The notes beneath the pieces were generated by a model, which saw nothing but the letters and a program-made list of their open reading frames with translations, was not told where the DNA came from and made no database searches. A DNA stretch of 64,000 nucleotides from Marsupella aquatica (taxonomy: Eukaryota; Plantae; Marchantiophyta): NCBI GenBank assembly GCA_973895155.1, contig OZ316899.1, forward strand, positions 3,679,455-3,743,454, written 5' to 3'. How positions within the stretch are numbered: the first letter of the stretch is position 1; each line of letters starts with the position of its first letter. Below are positions 26,709-39,216 of this stretch, piece by piece. The translations under genes and the position numbers were made by a program.

Positions 26709-27147
26709 TAGAAGTTTTAATAGCCTACTAGTGTGTTTTCAATAGTAATCTCTATTGAATTTTGGACTTTTGATTGTCTACACGAGCCTCGTGTTGTTCC
26801 CCCCGTCTATCCAAATACAATTTTCAATAGAAAGTTCCTCTAAGAAGAATACTCATTTCAGAATATCCATCTATGTGTAGAAGTTTTAAGAGCCTACTAG
26901 TGTGTATTCAGTCGTAATCTGTATTGAATATTGGACTTTGGATTGTCTACATGAGCCTCGTGTTGTTCCCCTCGTCTATCCAAATACAACGTTCAATAGA
27001 AAGTTCCTCTAAGAAGAATACTCATTTCAAAATATCCATCTCTGTATAGAAGTTTTAAGAGCCTACTAGTGTGTATTCAGTTGTAATCTCTATTGAATAT
27101 TGGACTTTTGATTGTCTACACGAGTCTCGTGTTGTTCCCCTCGTCTA
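26709..27147. repeat. 169-bp tandem repeat, ~2.6 copies (subterminal region of the Sola-like element)
   Basis: TAGAAGTTTTAA starts at 26709, 26878 and 27047. Each unit carries CACGAG-N-CTCGTG or a one-mismatch variant. Confidence 0.92.
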
Positions 27148-27341
27148 AGATACATAGAATTTTCTCTTTAATGAAAGAACATTCAACTTTTTAGATGACT
27201 GTCTTCATTGCTTGTTTAAACTGGAGTTGAATTTTCAGTTATGTGATATTTGCTTACATTAGAGTTAAAGACTTTCACACGAGCCTCGTGTAGGATGTTT
27301 TAAAAGATGTTTTTGTTGCAATTTTTTTCCTCAGATCCAAA

Positions 27342-27958
27342 ATGGCTTCAAGAACGCAGCTTCTACCTGGAGAAGTCATTCACCTGCTTATCAATGAACA
27401 ACCAGTTGCTGGTGGAAAGGTTTTTTGTGTTCTACCTTCCGACACCTGCCACTTTGTTTTGCTTGGAGCAGAACGGATAAGTGTGGCGGTGGACAATGCT
27501 TTCTTTCACCTTGCACAGTTGCCGTATCCACATCTGGGAGCTGATCTAGTAGGAGAGTTGGTGAACTCCGTTGTTTTGTGGGATCGGCAAGATGTCCGCC
27601 ATGCAAATGACATGAATCTTGGAGGTCAAACAGAGTCAGCTTATGTCATTGATGACCCAGTTGACAATATTGAAGGTAATTCTGAATCAGCCACCGAACT
27701 GGAGGGGACAGAGGTTTTGGCAGAGGATTTGAAAGATCGTAGCACATGGTTCAAAAGTTTGCCCTTCTCTATGCGGACGACGAAGAAACCTTGCTTGCAA
27801 GAGGTTGCATCATAAACCCACATCCTCTCGCGTCCATTAACAACAAGCAAGTTGGGGAGGATCATGTTGGTGTGAATATTTTGAGTCTAGCTATTGAAGC
27901 TGGCTTGGGAAAAGTTTTGTTCCCTCAATTTGTTGACGGATCACCATGCACAATTTGA
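27342..27958 (+). pseudogene. Accessory ORF with two repeats resembling the Tnp1/En-Spm (DUF8039-like) beta-rich domain
   Basis: VAGGKVFCVLPSDTCHFVLLGAERISVAVD..VVLW and LLARGCIINPHPLASINNKQVGEDHVGVNI; one frameshift between them. Confidence 0.4.
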
Positions 27959-27991
27959 TAGCCAATCAGCAAAACTAGGATTGAGCCTAGA

Positions 27992-30628
27992 ATGGAATGT
28001 CTTAGTGATCTTTTAGATTGGAATGATGGTAACGACAAGGGAGTTACAATTCTCTCATATATCAAGCCAAAAAGGGGCTATAACAATCAACGAAGAAATC
28101 CTCAAGATTCAAACCAGAAGGAGAGAAAACGACTCAAGAAAAGACGCAATCAAAAGATGTCTCGGATGTCCATAGATACTCTTTATCGGGTTGATTGTTG
28201 CTCATGGAGTTGTTGTCGACGACAACTCCGTGAGACCGTCACTGACATTAGGGAAGAGTACTATGGTCTATCGCATGTTGAGCAACACACTTACGTGCTC
28301 AATCATCTTCACTATTGTGACGATGAAACCATCGCCTCAGGCATGATTGTATTCAAGGGAAGCAGGATCTGCAAGGAAGCTTTCTGGAATATTCATGGAT
28401 TTTCTCGAGGAACATTTTACACAATGTATTCTCGATACATGGAGGGAGCAAAAGTTGGTGTTCATGGGAATGAAGGGACCATCAAGACCAAAGACTCCGT
28501 TGTGTTGTTCACAGAATCAATTCCAAGTATCCTGCAGAAATGTGCAGAACCAATGCCACATCTTCACAAAATTGGTGTTTCAGGCAAGCAGGAAGTTGTT
28601 TTCAGGGTTCCAATAAGTTACGGGAGAAAGATGTTTTTGAAGAGGCTTGCGAGCTTAACAAAAACCTGGGTATTCACTCGCCCTCTCTCCCAACCTTCTA
28701 CAAGCTTTTGGATAAATATTTCCCCAATTTCCAATTCCAAGATTGGAGCAACTTTGCAAAATGTGATCTTTGCACGACCATTAAAGAAACACTTTGGGGG
28801 GAGAAATGGGTGGATAAGATTTTAGAAATCAAGGCAAAGCGCGAACGGCATATGTTGGAACAACTATCACGCAAGAGTATGTACTATGCAGCAAAACTTG
28901 CAGCGGACCAAGAGCCCGACAAATATTTGTCTATGATTCATGATAAAATGGATCAAGCCAAGACCAGAATCCCTAAAATGACTTCTACACTGAAGAGCCA
29001 AGGAGGCAAATCAATCCCGCTACCAATGACGCTGACGGGGATGTTAACGCATGGACGGGAGCCTGGAATTTATGCACATTTTGCCCTTTCTGGTTTGTGG
29101 GCAAGCGATCCTGATTTTACAATCTCTTCGCTTGCAAAGTTATTTCGTGATCTCGAATCATTTGTGGGAGATAAGACCGGCAATCTAGCTCTCAACACCT
29201 CTGACGTCACAGGTCCAATCTTTGTATCCCTCTTGGATCAGCGTGCCTTTGAGGTAGGATACCTCGAAACCAAAAAGATCTCTCTCGCTCACTTCGCAAG
29301 GCTTGGTGATAATGTGCCACACGAGAGTCGCGTAGAGCCTTCAACATCCCTACCCTTCAAGGCGATTCCTCGACACCTCCACCTTCAACTTGATAACTCG
29401 GGAAAGGATAACAAGAACCAGACAGTTCTGGCTTTCTGTAGCGAGCTTGTTCTAAGAGGAGTGTTTGAGTCAGTAACTCTTTCCTTTTTGATGGTGGGGC
29501 ACACTCATGAGGATGTGGATGCCTTCTTCTTTAGAGTCGGGATAAGGATCTACAATTGAGAGCTTACCACATTTTTTGGGTTGATGGCGGAGCTTTGGGA
29601 GTGCGAGAAGAAACATCCGGTTCCCAGGTTCATCCGCGAAGTTGCATCTTACAAAGCTTATGTAGGACCATTTGTCAAAAGGATCTAGGGTCAATCAGCA
29701 CCTGTTCAATTCTTGTTCTCAATGAAGGAGAATATCCCAGTCTACCAATATCGAGAGAAAAATTGATACGCCTTGGCTACCTACAAAGGGTCAAACAATT
29801 TGGTTGTTTGACTTAGAGAGAAACCAATACAAATTTCCAATTGGAAGTCCTTATTCCAAGCGGATGGAGTCTTCTCACAAGCGGGCAAATGACATTTTGG
29901 AATACTTGATCCATTATATCCCATGGCTAAAGACTGCATGGAAGGATGTTACATCAGAGGGATATCGTCTCCAAAGTCCAGAGATTCAATACTGGGAAAA
30001 CATTGTTTCTGTGTTTCAGGACACTTTTTGCTCTCCTTTGCTAGCAAGGGTAGATTATCCATTACTTGAAGGATTCTGGCCTCGAACAAACCATGGAACT
30101 GGGTATCGTAGGATGGTCAGAACGTGGATACCAACCCAAGCGAAGACAATGGGGTGATGCATAATCTGGAAAGAGAGCTTCAAGAAGATGAAGAAGAGAG
30201 GCAAACAATCTTTGTCAGACACCCTTCTGAGCGTGAGAGGTCAAGATTTAGTCCTCTAGAAGATATTAAAAAAGAATACATTTGTTATTATTCGACCCAC
30301 CAATGAATTTGAAACCATAATTCCGCAACGATTTTGGCTTGCAAAAGCAATCAATTGTGTCGTAAGAGATCCCAACGATTCACATGTTGGAGAGTTCCAA
30401 GTTGAATGGTGGCGCCCTCTTAATCACAAGAGTTTGGCAACCAAATCAGAAAGATATTGGGACTGCTTTAATTCAAAGCAAACATGGGAAAGGGATCCCA
30501 ATTACCTCATTCCCCCAGTCACGAATGATTGGATCCTTGCAACTTCAACCATCACCGGATGGACATCAAAATCAAAAGCAAAGGTAAAAGTTCCAGCGAG
30601 AGTTTTGGAAAGTGTGAAGGTTTACATT
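27992..30628 (+). pseudogene. Sola-type DDE transposase, frameshifted
   Basis: ICKEAFWNIHG, KCDLC, MIHDKMDQAK, TGMLTHG, HLQLDNSGKDNKN and LSFLMVGHTHEDVDAFF. Confidence 0.8.
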
Positions 30629-33600
30629 TGTGATGCCTAGCCAGGAATCATTGGGCCAGTTTAAATAGTAAAATCAGGAGTGTACCCTAGGAAACACCTT
30701 AGTATAGTAACAAAAATAGGGAAAATATAAACAATTAAGGGTGACTATGGAACCCGAGCCCAGGCCAAAAGTAAGGACGTCGGGGGAGGGAACACGATTA
30801 GGGTTAGGGCGCGCTAAGTACCGGCGGCTATGGGTAACCAACGGGAAGGAAGACCAGCCAGGGGGGTAAGGACCGGTCGCAAGGAATGGCGGCTCATTTG
30901 CAAGCACGAGCCAAGCGGACGACTACGGGAGGCCAACTACTGTCCGTTGCTCAGGCAAGCACTCGGGGTGGAAGCAAATACCGACAATCAACTCAAGAAG
31001 GGTATGAGCAACGTCAATCAAGTTGCTCATTTTTGGGGATGCCTGTTAGAACGGGCAACTGAGTACATTGGGACCTACGAGGACAAAGAATCAGAGAGAG
31101 CGGCTCGAGAACAGCAGGAGCTTGCTTGGCTGTAGGAGCTACAGAAGTCTGCCTTCTTAGGAGGAGAACTCATTACGGCTGAATTCTTGTGGACGCCTAC
31201 TGCCGACGAACTCGACGATCTTCTATTTTGTGAGAACAGAATAGTCGGCATTCGGGAGGCCATCAACCGCTACAACGACATACACTGGGAGTTGAAGGGT
31301 AGCACGAAGGGGTGGACAAAGGCAACCGTGCTAGGAGAAACATCCACGGCAGCCGCTATGAAGAGGAAAGGGAACAACAACGAAGAAGCCACCCCTGCGA
31401 AAAGAACAAGGTTGGCGGCACCCAGGAAACCAGCAGCACAGGGAAGCAGGAGGCAGGCGAAAGCCGAAGAGGAGGAGGTCGACCCCATCAATGCTGTTCC
31501 AACAAGAGATAACACCTGGAAAGGCTGGGCGGCGACCCTCCCCGAGGAGGTGCAATTACACTTTGCACGGGAAGAGGATGCATGCTTTATGGCTATGCAG
31601 ACTCAAAAATACCAGGGCTTCATGGCCGGATCCGGCTTGGAAGCCTTCGTAAAGTTACCATGGCTGAAGCCGGAGGTGCCGGATTCAGACTTACTAGAAT
31701 TCGTGGGATCATGGGAGCCCAAGACCAATTCCACAAGGGTGTATGGAAAGGATTTCTATCTCACTCCCCGGGTGATTGCCGAAGTGTTTGGCTTGCCGAT
31801 GGGCAATAAGACCAAAGTAGATACCAGGAAGACCTTGCCAGACAAGGAGTTCCGATCGTTTCCAGGGCCATCAACAAAGAATGGCTTCTTCCAAAACACC
31901 TGCACAAACCCGCACATAGGAGAAATGATCAATTTCTTGCGGGTGACCATGCATTGTAACTTGCCGAGGGCAGAGATTGGCAAGGCACAGGTCTATCTGG
32001 CGGAGAGGCCAGACCCAAGCCGAGACTACAATGGGTACCTCCTTACCCAACTAAAGAAGATATTGAAGGAGGAACAGCTGGTGATCGGCATGGGAAGCGT
32101 GTCCCGGCTTGGTTATCATATGCCGCTGTTGTGCCGGTATGCCCAAAGTCAGATATTCGCCCCGGTACTGCCCCTACAGGCAAGTGCACCAGAGGAGGTT
32201 CCGGAACCAAGGCTGGCAACAGAGAAACCGACCCAACCCGACAGTCCTACAATCGAGCAGGTGTTTAGGCCAAGGAAGGAGGACTTGTCGATGCAGCAAC
32301 CAGGCATGCAGAATCTGTTGAAATTGCTGGAGAAGGAAAGGAGAACGGTAACGGCAACGGGACCGGTACAAAAAACTGCTCCCAAGTCGGCCTTAGCCAA
32401 CTTACCAGGGAAAACCCCTTTACCGGGGTCAAGGAGAGAAGGAGGCCGGAACACAAGCCGGGAGTCCGAATGTATGTAGAAGCTTCAAGTCCCGAAGCCG
32501 GGGAAAAGCAGCCCAAAGCTCCTGGTCGCGACAGGGAGAAGATGAGATCAACGTGGAAGCTGGAGGAACCAGGACCCGTGATCTGTGAGGCCGTGTTCAC
32601 GGCAAGACCAGGACAGCAGCGGGGGGGAGCCGGTAGTCCAAGCCGAGGAGGAGGTGGTAGAAGGCTACAACAATGATGACTCTGGCTACGGGTTGGACCA
32701 TCATGTTCTAGGAATAAGGACCTGTGGCAGGTTCATCCCCACGCTTCCAAGAGTAGTTTGAGGGGACCCAACCCAACAGAGCAGCCCCGAGTCTCCCCCA
32801 CCAGATGTCGCTCCCCCGAGCTTTGACGGCATAAAACAGACGGCACAGGAGTTTCAAGAACGACTCAGGGAGGAAGAAGAGGCAGCCCTGGCTAGGGAGA
32901 AGGATTTACCAGGAGGAGAATGGCCAGAGGACATCAGGCGGCTTATAGAAAAACAAAGCAGCCCGCCAGCCACGATAGAAGAAATTTGCAAGGCGGCTTG
33001 GGAACAAAGGCCGCGGTGGATGATGCCAATGACTTCTACTCACTCCGCCTATGCTAAAGAACGAGCCATGGAGTACGGGGAGATGTGTGGGGAACTTGCG
33101 CTTGGCATCTTTGGGGAGGAGTTGGAGCAGAGACCCTTTTTCCAGAGGGAAATGTTGGAGAAGCGCCGATTAGAAGAAGCGGTGGCTTTGGAGAGAAGCA
33201 AGAAGGACGAGGTCATCTGTCGGGTTAGGGCAAGGGAAGCCAAGGTAGAAGACCTGAAGGCGGCCAAGAAAGCCCAAGATGAGCTGCGGATTAAGCAGCA
33301 TGAGCTCAACATCATGCAGGGGCAATTGGATACTACGCAGTCTGATAATCAGATTATCAAGGATAAACTGACTCGGACCCAAGGTGAGCTGGCCGATTCG
33401 ATCAAGGAGAAGGAGAAGTGGAAGCAAGAGCTGAGAGACGCAGAGGAGGCTCACATAGCAGCCAACAATCGGGCCATGGCGGAAACTCAGAGAAGGGAAA
33501 GGGCGCTGAAGGGGGAACTCGAGGATATCCGCGGAGCCCTTGAGCAGAAGGAGGCCGAGTTAGGGAAATCCTATCAGGCAATTATCGTGCTTTGGCAGGA

Positions 33601-35332
33601 GCTCGCATCCATGACGGCCAGCTTCAAGGCCGACCTCCGTGAGAAAGACGACCAGCTTGATCAGACTTATGCCAAGATGAATAAAATGGAGTCTGAAGTC
33701 GTTACGGAGCTCGACAAGGAGCTGAGAGCAACCCAGGAGGAGAGGGCTACCTTAAAGAAGGAATTGGAGGAAGCCCAAAAGGAGCGGGAGGAGGCGCGCA
33801 AGGACCTAGATGAATTGCAGGAGGAGTTGGAGGAAAGCACGCGAAAGATGGAGAACTTACAGCGGCGAGCCGACAACCAAACGGAGCGGCTGAAGAAACA
33901 GGCCGCAGTATTTAAATGCTTGGCTTCCTCAGGTCCAACTCCAATTGGGGCAACCAAGTTGCCAGAAGTAGTACTGGCCGAAGGACAAGCTGAGACACTC
34001 GCATCGGTGCCAGAGGTAAGTGGCAAGGGGAAGGGGCCAGCTGCCGAAGCAAAGAAGAAGAAGAAGAAGCGGAAACCTTCTAGGTCAGGGAGTAATACGG
34101 CTCCTCAAGCCATCGTGACCAAGGAGGTAAACCCAACACCAACCTCAGGCAGGGTCACGATAGAGGATCCAACTGCCCTAGAAGGTGGGGATGGCAAAGC
34201 TGAGGCCAGGATACTCGGTGATGAAGCCAGGGTACCGGATCCACCACTAGAGCATGTCGGGGAGGCCGTGGCCGATGCTGAGGCCGAAGCCGAGGGTGGA
34301 CCCAGTCAGGCCGATGGAGAGTTGACTCGGTCCGGAGCAGGTAATCTGTCAGAGGATGGACCTACGGTAGTGGCTGCAGAGGAAGTGTTGGGGGCGTCCA
34401 TTGAGGACCAGACACCGCTGCCATGACGGTGGTGGAGGGCCGCTCCTTTGAAGGAGGGCGGACGTGGAGGGAGGAGGCGTGAGTGGGCAGGGCGGGCTCA
34501 GATCTCCAAGTTTAGAATTAGGATCAGGACCAAGGGGCGGCCCTGACACTTAGCTTAGTGGGATTGCGGATCCATTGGGGAGAGCAACACTTGTGCTCCT
34601 GGCTCGCTGTACATAGGTAGATTATAGTTAGGTAGATTAGGCTTACGCTGCAAGGAATTAGGCGGATCCACTGCCAGGATAAGTACCTGGGCAGCAGGGA
34701 GTTCATGGCCTTCTTCCTTAGCAAGTTTTTAGTGCACCAGCAGGGTTGGGATCAAGTAGTTAAAGAAGCTCTCGGTTAGTTATACTGTGACCCTTGTGTA
34801 TAGTCATGTTTCCTCATACCTAAGAGATGAATAGAGTTGGCCTCACGGCTTAGTTTGCAGATCTTGTATATGAGAGGTACTATTTGTATGGCAAGTGCAT
34901 GGTATAACTCAGTCAGAAGGAGTCATTTTGCTATTTGTGTGTCGCATTAACCTGTTTGAAGATTGCCCACATCAACCAAGAAGGGAGTAAGCAAGGTAGT
35001 AAGAGTTGGATGTGTTGAGCTGAGAGAGGTCTTAGCGGCTTACCCAAGCCAGTTGGGGATCATTCCGGCGGCGGAATCCAAACATACCTAAAGGAAAACC
35101 AAGAGAGGAGGACAAGGGAAGGCCTAGAATAGGCCGGCTACGTATCTCATGACCCGATGAAGGATCTGTCCAGTATATGTGAGTAAAATGTTAATAGTAA
35201 TAGTAGTAGAAAGAAGTTAGCAGCGTCCCATGCCGCTAAGCCGCTAAATCGGCCTCGCCAAGAGCGAAACCTACGGGAATCGGCTTGTGCAGAGGGGTTT
35301 CTTGGGTTTAGGGAGCCATGGGACGTACCACA
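30629..35332 (+). mobile_element. Solo LTR, 4704 bp, of the Ty3/gypsy family at 39217-62269
   Basis: TG...CA termini and a perfect 5-bp TSD ACATT (30624-30628 and 35333-35337). Both ends match the ends of both LTRs of the full element. Confidence 0.92.
30830..34426 (+). pseudogene. Long ORF(s) inside the LTR: globular region plus coiled coil, function unknown
   Basis: ORFs 30830..31135 (TAG) in frame with 31187..32479, then 33020..34426 with a heptad E/K/Q-rich coiled coil. The GLEAFVKLPW..LLEFVGSW..LTPRVIAEVFGLP segment resembles plant TE accessory (PMD/Transposase_32-like) domains. Confidence 0.65.
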
Positions 35333-35406
35333 ACATTACAGAAATGATTGAGGAGAACTAAAATCCTTTTTTGACGCGAGACTCGCGTGGAAGACACTTG
35401 GTGATG

Positions 35407-36135
35407 CACGGCACGTCCTAATTGTCGGATTGACGATTGTGGGAGAACAATAGGCGAGGTTGGAGCAGGTTTGTTCCAGTCACTTTCCACACGAGGCTTG
35501 TGTAGGCCGGACTACTTAGCTCGAGGATCATTTTGAGCTTTGGAAAGTGAAAGGTGTGTCATATTCACTGCAATGGCGCGCATGTCAACCTTTGGCTCGT
35601 GTCCGTTGTGGCCACAATGATGGTTTGGTGCCGGATCACGAGATTTGGGTGGGATGAGCTCAATTTCCTTTGTTATTGAGGTTAAACTGACAGGTGGTTT
35701 TGAATCATAATTGTGCTACACGAGGCTCACGTAGGATGTCATAATCAACTTATGACTTGCAAATCCCGGATCTCATCACACACACCCATATTCACACGGC
35801 ATGTACTAATTGTCGGGTTGAGGACTGTGGGAGAACAATAGGTGAGGTTGGAGCTGGTTGGTTCCAGTCACTTTCCGCACGAGGCTCGTGTAGGCCGGAC
35901 TACTCAGCTCTAGGATCATTATGACCTTCGGAAAGTGAAAGGTGTGTACTTGTACTGAATTTCACTTTCACTGCAATGGCGCGCATGTCGCCCTATGGCT
36001 TGGGTCCGTTGTGGCCACAATGATGGTGTGGTGCCGGGTCACGGGTTTTAGTATCATAATTGTGCCACACGAGGCTCGCGTAGGATGTCATAATGAACTT
36101 ATGACTTGCAAATCTTGGATCTCATCACACACACC
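35407..36135. repeat. Tandem duplication of a ~350-390-bp unit (right flank of the Sola-like element)
   Basis: CACGGCA..TAATTGTCGG starts at ~35407 and ~35795. Both copies end in ATCTCATCACACACACC and contain CACGAGGCTCGTG variants. Confidence 0.88.
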
Positions 36136-39100
36136 TTTATTCGAGAGACTTGTTTCTCTCCTTCAAGTTATGTTTTGTGATGAACTTCTGGCTCAGTCTC
36201 CAACATCTCTCTCCTTCTGATCAAATCTTCCTTTCCCAAATTGAGCGCTTGACAACCATTTTGGATCGTGGTGATTTTCCTTAACTTTCATAATGGCACC
36301 TGGGAGACGAGTGAGGAGTTCTTTGGCATTACATGCGGAGAAGAGTTCTAGAGCATTACAGGCAGAGAATGTGAATGAGGAGCGGTCCAACTTCTCTGTG
36401 TGCTCGGAGCCATCCGATAGTTTTGACTCTGGAGTTGCTGCAGGAATAGAAACCATTCCACCTCTTGGCAACCAAACTGTGGTTAGTCATGACAATACGA
36501 ACAACCAGGCACCTGTTGCAGATGAGGTGGAGGAGGAACAGAAAGAGAAAGAGAAGAAGTCGACAAAGGCCACGGAGGGGTAACAAAAGAGGATCCGTCA
36601 AGAGGAATGTCAAAAGATGAGGCGTCGTTGGAAGAGGGAGCATTTGGCTGAGTATTACGGACCTTTAATGAAGAAACAAAGCTCCGAGAGAAGTCTGAAG
36701 GAATGGGCAAGGGAAGAATTTCTAGATAGCGATAATGCGAACTCCGACGAGTGGATGCCATCATCCTGGAACGATTGAATGAGGCATTCTAGAGTCAGCT
36801 ATCGGGAGGTGTTTTGGAGCTGTTTTTGTCCGGATGCGATCATCGCGTAGGAATTTGTTAGTTGATCGTGCATCGTGTTGAGGTGTGAACAGAAAGTGCT
36901 TGCGTTTTCCGCCTTAGTGTTTTCCACTTGGGAGGCTTGGGTGTTTCTGAGCATGGGAGGTTGATTTCAGGGATGCCTACGCCGACATCAACCAGAATTT
37001 TTGTTAGGCACATATGTTTCCTATGAATATACCAAGCTTATCTTTATGTGTACAAATGTGGAATGTTGTTTTGTTATGCAAATTGGATGTTGGTGCTCTT
37101 TCATTTGCAATCCCCCTGTTCTTTGCCCTTCTATTTCTGGAGCGACTTGGTCTTTGGCAGAGAGGAGCCTCTTTTCACACGACGCTTCTCCCTCTGCATG
37201 TGGGATGGGAGGAGAGAGTATAGAGGAGCCTTTGTTCTCACGATGCCTTCTCCTATTGCATGTGTTGGTGGAGGAGAGTGGCTTGCGCTCAAGTGCGGAT
37301 GAACGGCTTGTGCAAAGTCCTCCGTCTATCATACTCCTCCCTCACAACAAGACATGTAGAATTCTTGTATGCATCATTCTAGGAATCGATAAAGCTTGCA
37401 AAACTGCTTGCTAAACTATATGCTCCTCTGGACTATTACACTTGGTCCCGCCCACTTTTTATGATCATATGTAGTCATCTCCAGTATCTTACTCTTCATT
37501 GAAGTTTTGAGTGCACCTTTTGTTCCGTCGTGCCCCTTAGGTGTCAAGGCGACTCTTGTTGTTGAGATTTTACTCTTTACTCTTGTGCGACTCTCTGGCC
37601 CTCTTCTTTTTGGGGCTTTTAGGGGTATGCTGTGCATGTTCTTTGTTGTGTGTGAGGCTGCTTGTTCCCCCTTGTTGTGTGGCTTTTCGTGGTTGGTCTC
37701 TATCTATTAAAAAACTCATGGGGATGAAGTTAACAACGTGTGAACCTAAGCCCCTTTTCTTATGTTATGTCTCAAAAGTTTGTACCAAATCACAACTTGA
37801 AGTTTCCAAAATTGGTGTTGAAGTATCCGGAAGAAAATTGGAATTGTTCAGAACCCTTATTTAAAACTCAAAAACTATGTTTTCAAATTTCTAAAAAGTA
37901 ACATTCAATTTTCCAAAAGTCGGGCCAAAAGTACACTATCAAAATTCCAAGTGGACTATAATATTCCAGAGTTAGTGAAAGTATTGATCAAGAATCTTTG
38001 CAATCCAAGTCGTCTATAAGTGGCCATTGGGAAATGGAATGCAATCTCAAGAAACTACCTAGGTTCCCGGATCCTCCAAATAGACTATACAAATTTTGTC
38101 AATCTCTATTGGAGCAGCTATCAAAATGGCACTCAAACATGCCGTCTGGAGAAAGGCCAGGAAAATGTGATTGAATGTGTCATGGAGTACGTCGAGGGGT
38201 TCGTAATTGGGAATTGCTTTATGTCCCTATTGTTAGGCGCACGAGGATTTTATGCAAAAATAAGCGTTCCGGTCTGCATTGAGTATAATGAAACCTCACA
38301 ACCTTGAATGATCAACTAAGTGGAGCAATGTGCAGGATTAATCTTCTTCTTCTATGGTCTCAGTCAGTTGTACCTTCAGCGGGCGGGTCTAATGGTATCC
38401 CAAAATGGGCTCCAAATGCTGAGCAAAAACTGGCCTCATCAATGTCATTTTGTGCGACCACTTGAATACGCCATTGTGCTTGCCTCTGCCTTCTCCAGGC
38501 ATTGTGCTAACGGAGACGCCTCTCGTTCATTTCTCCCGATGCTTCTCCGGCCACTATATCTTCTTGGCGATACTCCTCATAGGTCCCTGGCTGTACCTCA
38601 AGTACGTGCCCCATCCCCATTCGTAGGCTTTCGGTGGCTCAACAATGCCTTTGCTGCTAACGACAAAATTAAGGGGGGCTACACACCCTCATGCCATGGT
38701 AACAAAGAAATTGATTGGCTGGACTCGTAGTGTCGTCGCCGCCGTTGATCCAAATCTATATAATTTCTGCCTCTCTGATGGACAGTGCCCTCGCGGACTT
38801 TCTTATGCTATGTGTCAACACCGATAGTGACCCTGCAAAGATTGGACATGTTCAATGCCCGATGAAAATAAAATCAGATCAATCATGAAGGTTTTAGGAT
38901 TAGCAGGGTCGTATGTTGGTGTTGAAATCCTCCATCCGGACTTTTGCCGACTTCATTCTGTAGCCAACGGACAACAAGCGAGAAAGTTGTGCCGACACTT
39001 CAACACGCATCCACTTGCAACCAACACCAGCACATGACTAATTGCCAGGGTAGCTCCCTGCACGTTCTTTCACAAGATCGTCGCGTGGTCTTTCAAAGTT

Positions 39101-39216
39101 GTTCACTTCCATCCTTGCTTTAAGTCCTTGGGGGGTATTGGTATGTATGTACAATAGTTTGGGGAAGTGTGACGCCATTACATTGAGGCTCCTCCCTATC
39201 TTTGCGTATTTGGCGA

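Larger units (their letters stand above)
26700..36135 (+). mobile_element. Sola-like DDE DNA transposon, interrupted by a solo LTR; termini not resolved
   Basis: Sola/DUF7869-type transposase motifs. The same 13-bp palindrome occurs in repeats on both flanks. The transposase frame resumes after the solo-LTR TSD (KVYI|TEMIEEN*). Confidence 0.6.

Noticed and set aside
34544-35332. ~780-bp unit as the actual LTR of the gypsy family
   Set aside because: Homology continues well beyond it. The TSDs, PBS and PPT fit the long unit (30629-35332; 39217-42073; 48271-62269).
36200-39216. Short ORFs (e.g. 36293..36583, 37001..37414, 38320..38730) as genes
   Set aside because: No recognisable domains or consistent exon chain; left unannotated.
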